From Ostrea edulis (lineage: Eukaryota): a stretch of DNA of 64,000 nt. Below are positions 61,236 to 64,000 of the stretch, piece by piece. Positions within the stretch are counted from its first letter, which is position 1, and each line of letters starts with the position of its first letter. The translations under genes and the position numbers were made by a program. The DNA is taken from the NCBI RefSeq assembly GCF_947568905.1, contig NC_079172.1:34720001-34784000 (forward strand). The letters are read 5' to 3'. Below the pieces are notes generated by a model. It was given only the letters and a program-made list of their open reading frames with translations, searched no databases and had not been told where the DNA came from.

Positions 61236-63215
61236 TTTTTAGCTCATCTGAGCCGAAGATTTTTGGGAGAAGGGGATTAAAGATTGTTCAAATGAAGGGT
61301 CATGTCCCCTTTAAAGTGGAGATGATCACGAAAATGCAACAAGAGATATTTGTAAAACACATATGCCCCCATGGTGCAAAATTGAAAAGGGTTTTACATG
61401 TATACACACACATCATTTAATCGAGAGTAGCATCATCAATTCAAAATATTGAGCAGACAATATCTTCCTATGTTAAGAGTGGATTGACCATGTGACCTAA
61501 AAATCAATAGGGGTCATCAACTCCTGAAGATGTCCCAGGCCAAGTTTGATGTCTGTCGAGCAACGGGTTCTCAAGATATTGAGCGGACAGTATAAATATT
61601 GACCTTTGACTATGTGACCTGAAAATCAATAGGTGTCATCTTCTCCTGATGACGTACCAGTGTACCAAGTTTGATGTCTGTCAAGCAAAGGGTTCTCAAG
61701 ATGTTGAACAGACAGTATATTCCTATGTCCAGTTTGACCCTTGACCTTTGACCAAGCAACCTCAAAATCAATAGGTGTCACCTTCTCGTGATGATGTACC
61801 AGTGTACCAAGTTTGTTGTCTGTCAAGCAAAGGGTTCTCAAGATATTGAACGGACAGTATATTCCTATGTCCAGTTTGACCCTTGACCTTTGACTATGTG
61901 ACCTGAAAATCAATAGGTGTCATCTTCTCCTGATGATGTACCAGTGTACCAAGTTTGATGTCTATCAAGAAAAGGGTTCTCATGATATTGAACAGACAGT
62001 ATATTCCTATGTCCAATTTGACCCTTAACCTTTGACCATGTGACTCAAATTCAATAGGGGTCATCTTCTCCTGAAGATGTCCCATTGTACCAAGTTCGAT
62101 GTCTGTCAAGCAAAGGTTTCTCAAGATATTGAGCAGACAGTATATTCCTATGTCCAGTTTGACCTTTGACCTTTGACCATGTGACCTGAAAATCTATAGG
62201 GGTCATCTTCTTCTAGAGATATACCAGTGTACCAAGTTTGATGTCTGTCAAGCAAAGGATTCTTGAGACATTGAATGGTCAATATATTATCATGTCCAGT
62301 TTGACCTATGACCATGTGACCTCAAAATCAATAGGGGTGATCTGCTCCTTAAGATGTACCAGTGTACCAAGTCTAATGTTTGTCAAGGAAAGGGTTCTCA
62401 AGATATTGAACGGACAGTATATTCCTATGTCCAGAATAGATTGACCCTTGACTTTTAACCTTTTGACCTGAAAAACAATAGGGGTCCTCTTCTTTTCATA
62501 ACCAACTCCGATCCCTTATGAAATATCATTACGATCAAGTGAATTGGTCTCAAGAGATTGAGCGGACAACATGTGGTCTACCGACCGACCGACAGACAGA
62601 CAGGTGCAAACCAATATGCCCCTCTTCTTTGAAGGGGGTCATAAAAATAGGGTGGGGTCATTTAAAAATCCCAAGAAAAGAAAAAGTTCAAATTTACATG
62701 AAAGCTTTATGATATAGTGGAGGTTCAAGTTTGTAAAAATCATGATCCCCGGGGGTCGGGTAGTGCCACAATAGGGGATCAAAATTTTACATGCAAATAT
62801 ATAAAGAAAATCTTTGAAATCTTCTTCTCAAGAACTATTACGTAAAGAAAGTTGAAATTTACATGACAGCTTTCTGGCATAGTGCAGTTTCAAGTTTATT
62901 AAAATCATGACCCCCGGGAGTAAGGTGGGGGTTCGCAATAGGGGATCAAAGTTCTACATGTGAATTTATAGAGAAAATATTTAAAAATCTTCTCAAGAAC
63001 CACTGAGCCAGAAATGTTCAAATTTACAGGGCAGCTTTCCTACATAATGCAGATTCAAAATTGTTAAAACTACGCCTCCGGGGGTAGGGTTTGGCCACAA
63101 TAAGGGATAACAAACTTTTACATGCTAGTATATTGGGGAAATCTGTAAAAATCTTCTCAAGAATCACTTGGCCAAGAAATTTCAAATTTACGTGAAAGCT
63201 TCCTGACATGCAAGT
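61236..63215. mobile_element. Helentron-type element carrying Cg170-like ~165-bp satellite units (outer element)
   Basis: 5' TTTTTAGCTCATCTGAGC; units TTCAAGTTTGTAAAAATCATGATCCCCGGGGG at ~62725, 62889, 63054; interrupted at 61338-62643. Confidence 0.7.
61338..62643. mobile_element. Helentron-type element with ~142-bp core array (inner, nested)
   Basis: Starts AACAAGAG; 7-8 units AAAATCAATAGG.GTCATCTTCTCCTG...TTGACCTTTGACC; (CCGA/CAGA)n microsatellite and a GCCCCTCTTCTTTGAAGGGGG stem at the far end. Confidence 0.78.
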
Positions 63216-63329
63216 AAAGTAGAGTGTTTAATTAAAATGCCAAGGGATCAAGGTTTAACATATGCTGATACATAGGCATCGTTGGACACCCACGGGTGAT
63301 CTCGTCTGATAAGTAAAAAACGAGATCCT

Positions 63330-64000
63330 CCGTTGGTATCCGACGATGATATATAGGAAAATTCTTAGAAAATATCGCTTGAATTATTTAAGCAAGGGCT
63401 TTCGTATTTTGTATATACATTCTTTACGGTAAGACCTTTAATGTGATGTAATGATGTGTGATCTTGTGACCTTGACCTGGAAGTTTGGCCTACTTATGAA
63501 TAGCTATACAATATGTATATATTTCAGGTAGATTTTTCATATCTTGTATATAAATATCTTACACAAGAGATTTCATTTCATATCATGTCCTTAGACTTTA
63601 CGACCTTGCACTTTGAGTTTGACCTACTTTTAAGAAATTACAACCAATTACGTATATTCGGAAATATTTAAGACAGGGCTTTCATATTCTGAGAATAGAT
63701 TCTTTATGACAAGACTTTGTGACACAATGGTGTTTGATCTTTTGACCTTGGAGTTTGACATACTTTAAAAAAAAAAACCCTGACAAATTCAGTATTTCCT
63801 TAACTATTTAAGGTAGGGCTTTGATATTTTGTTCATTAATTCTTTGTGGTAAGACCTTATTATGTTTTGGTGTATGACCTCGTGGCCTTGACCTGGAAGT
63901 TTGACCTACTTTTGATAAAAAGCTTACCTATTCAATATCTCATGGAATATTTAAAATAGAACTTTCATGTTTTGCATGCAGATTTCTTATAGCAAGGTCT
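63330..64000. repeat. Degenerate ~140-bp Helentron-core tandem repeats
   Basis: GACCTTGACCTGGAAGTTTG(G/A)CCTACTT...GGGCTTTC recurs about four times; same family as 8900-9497. Confidence 0.6.

Overview
Eukaryotic, AT-rich, repeat-dense genomic DNA, most likely from an ostreid oyster. This is inferred from Cg170/HindIII-like ~165-bp satellite units inside Helentron-type elements, bivalve-type SINEs and a B-box/NHL protein of a family expanded in oysters. Four host genes could be assembled by hand with consistent GT-AG boundaries and phases: (1) a single-ORF, RING-less B-box/coiled-coil/NHL TRIM-like gene (13810-15453, -); (2) COPS6/CSN6 (10 exons, 24671-39258, +, 312 aa); (3) a Norrin (NDP)-like cystine-knot ligand (2 coding exons, 44642-44806 and 46857-47087, +, 131 aa; the ORF track misses exon 1); (4) TAF9 (6 exons, 60801-52309, -, 268 aa). 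Mobile elements include a 2.4-kb Harbinger with a frameshifted transposase inserted into a SINE, decayed CR1-, L1/Tx1- and Penelope-like retroelements, several SINEs, Helentron-type non-autonomous elements and many MITEs. There are about 20 mini/microsatellites. Top observations: a mollusc Norrin with all 11 mature cysteines and the same coding-intron position as human NDP; and minisatellites built from COPS6 splice junctions (11 tandem acceptors before exon 2, 24 before exon 3, duplicated donors after exons 4 and 9), two of which could give in-frame +14/+28 aa CSN6 isoforms. Comparisons to human proteins and repeat families are from memory; no searches were run.
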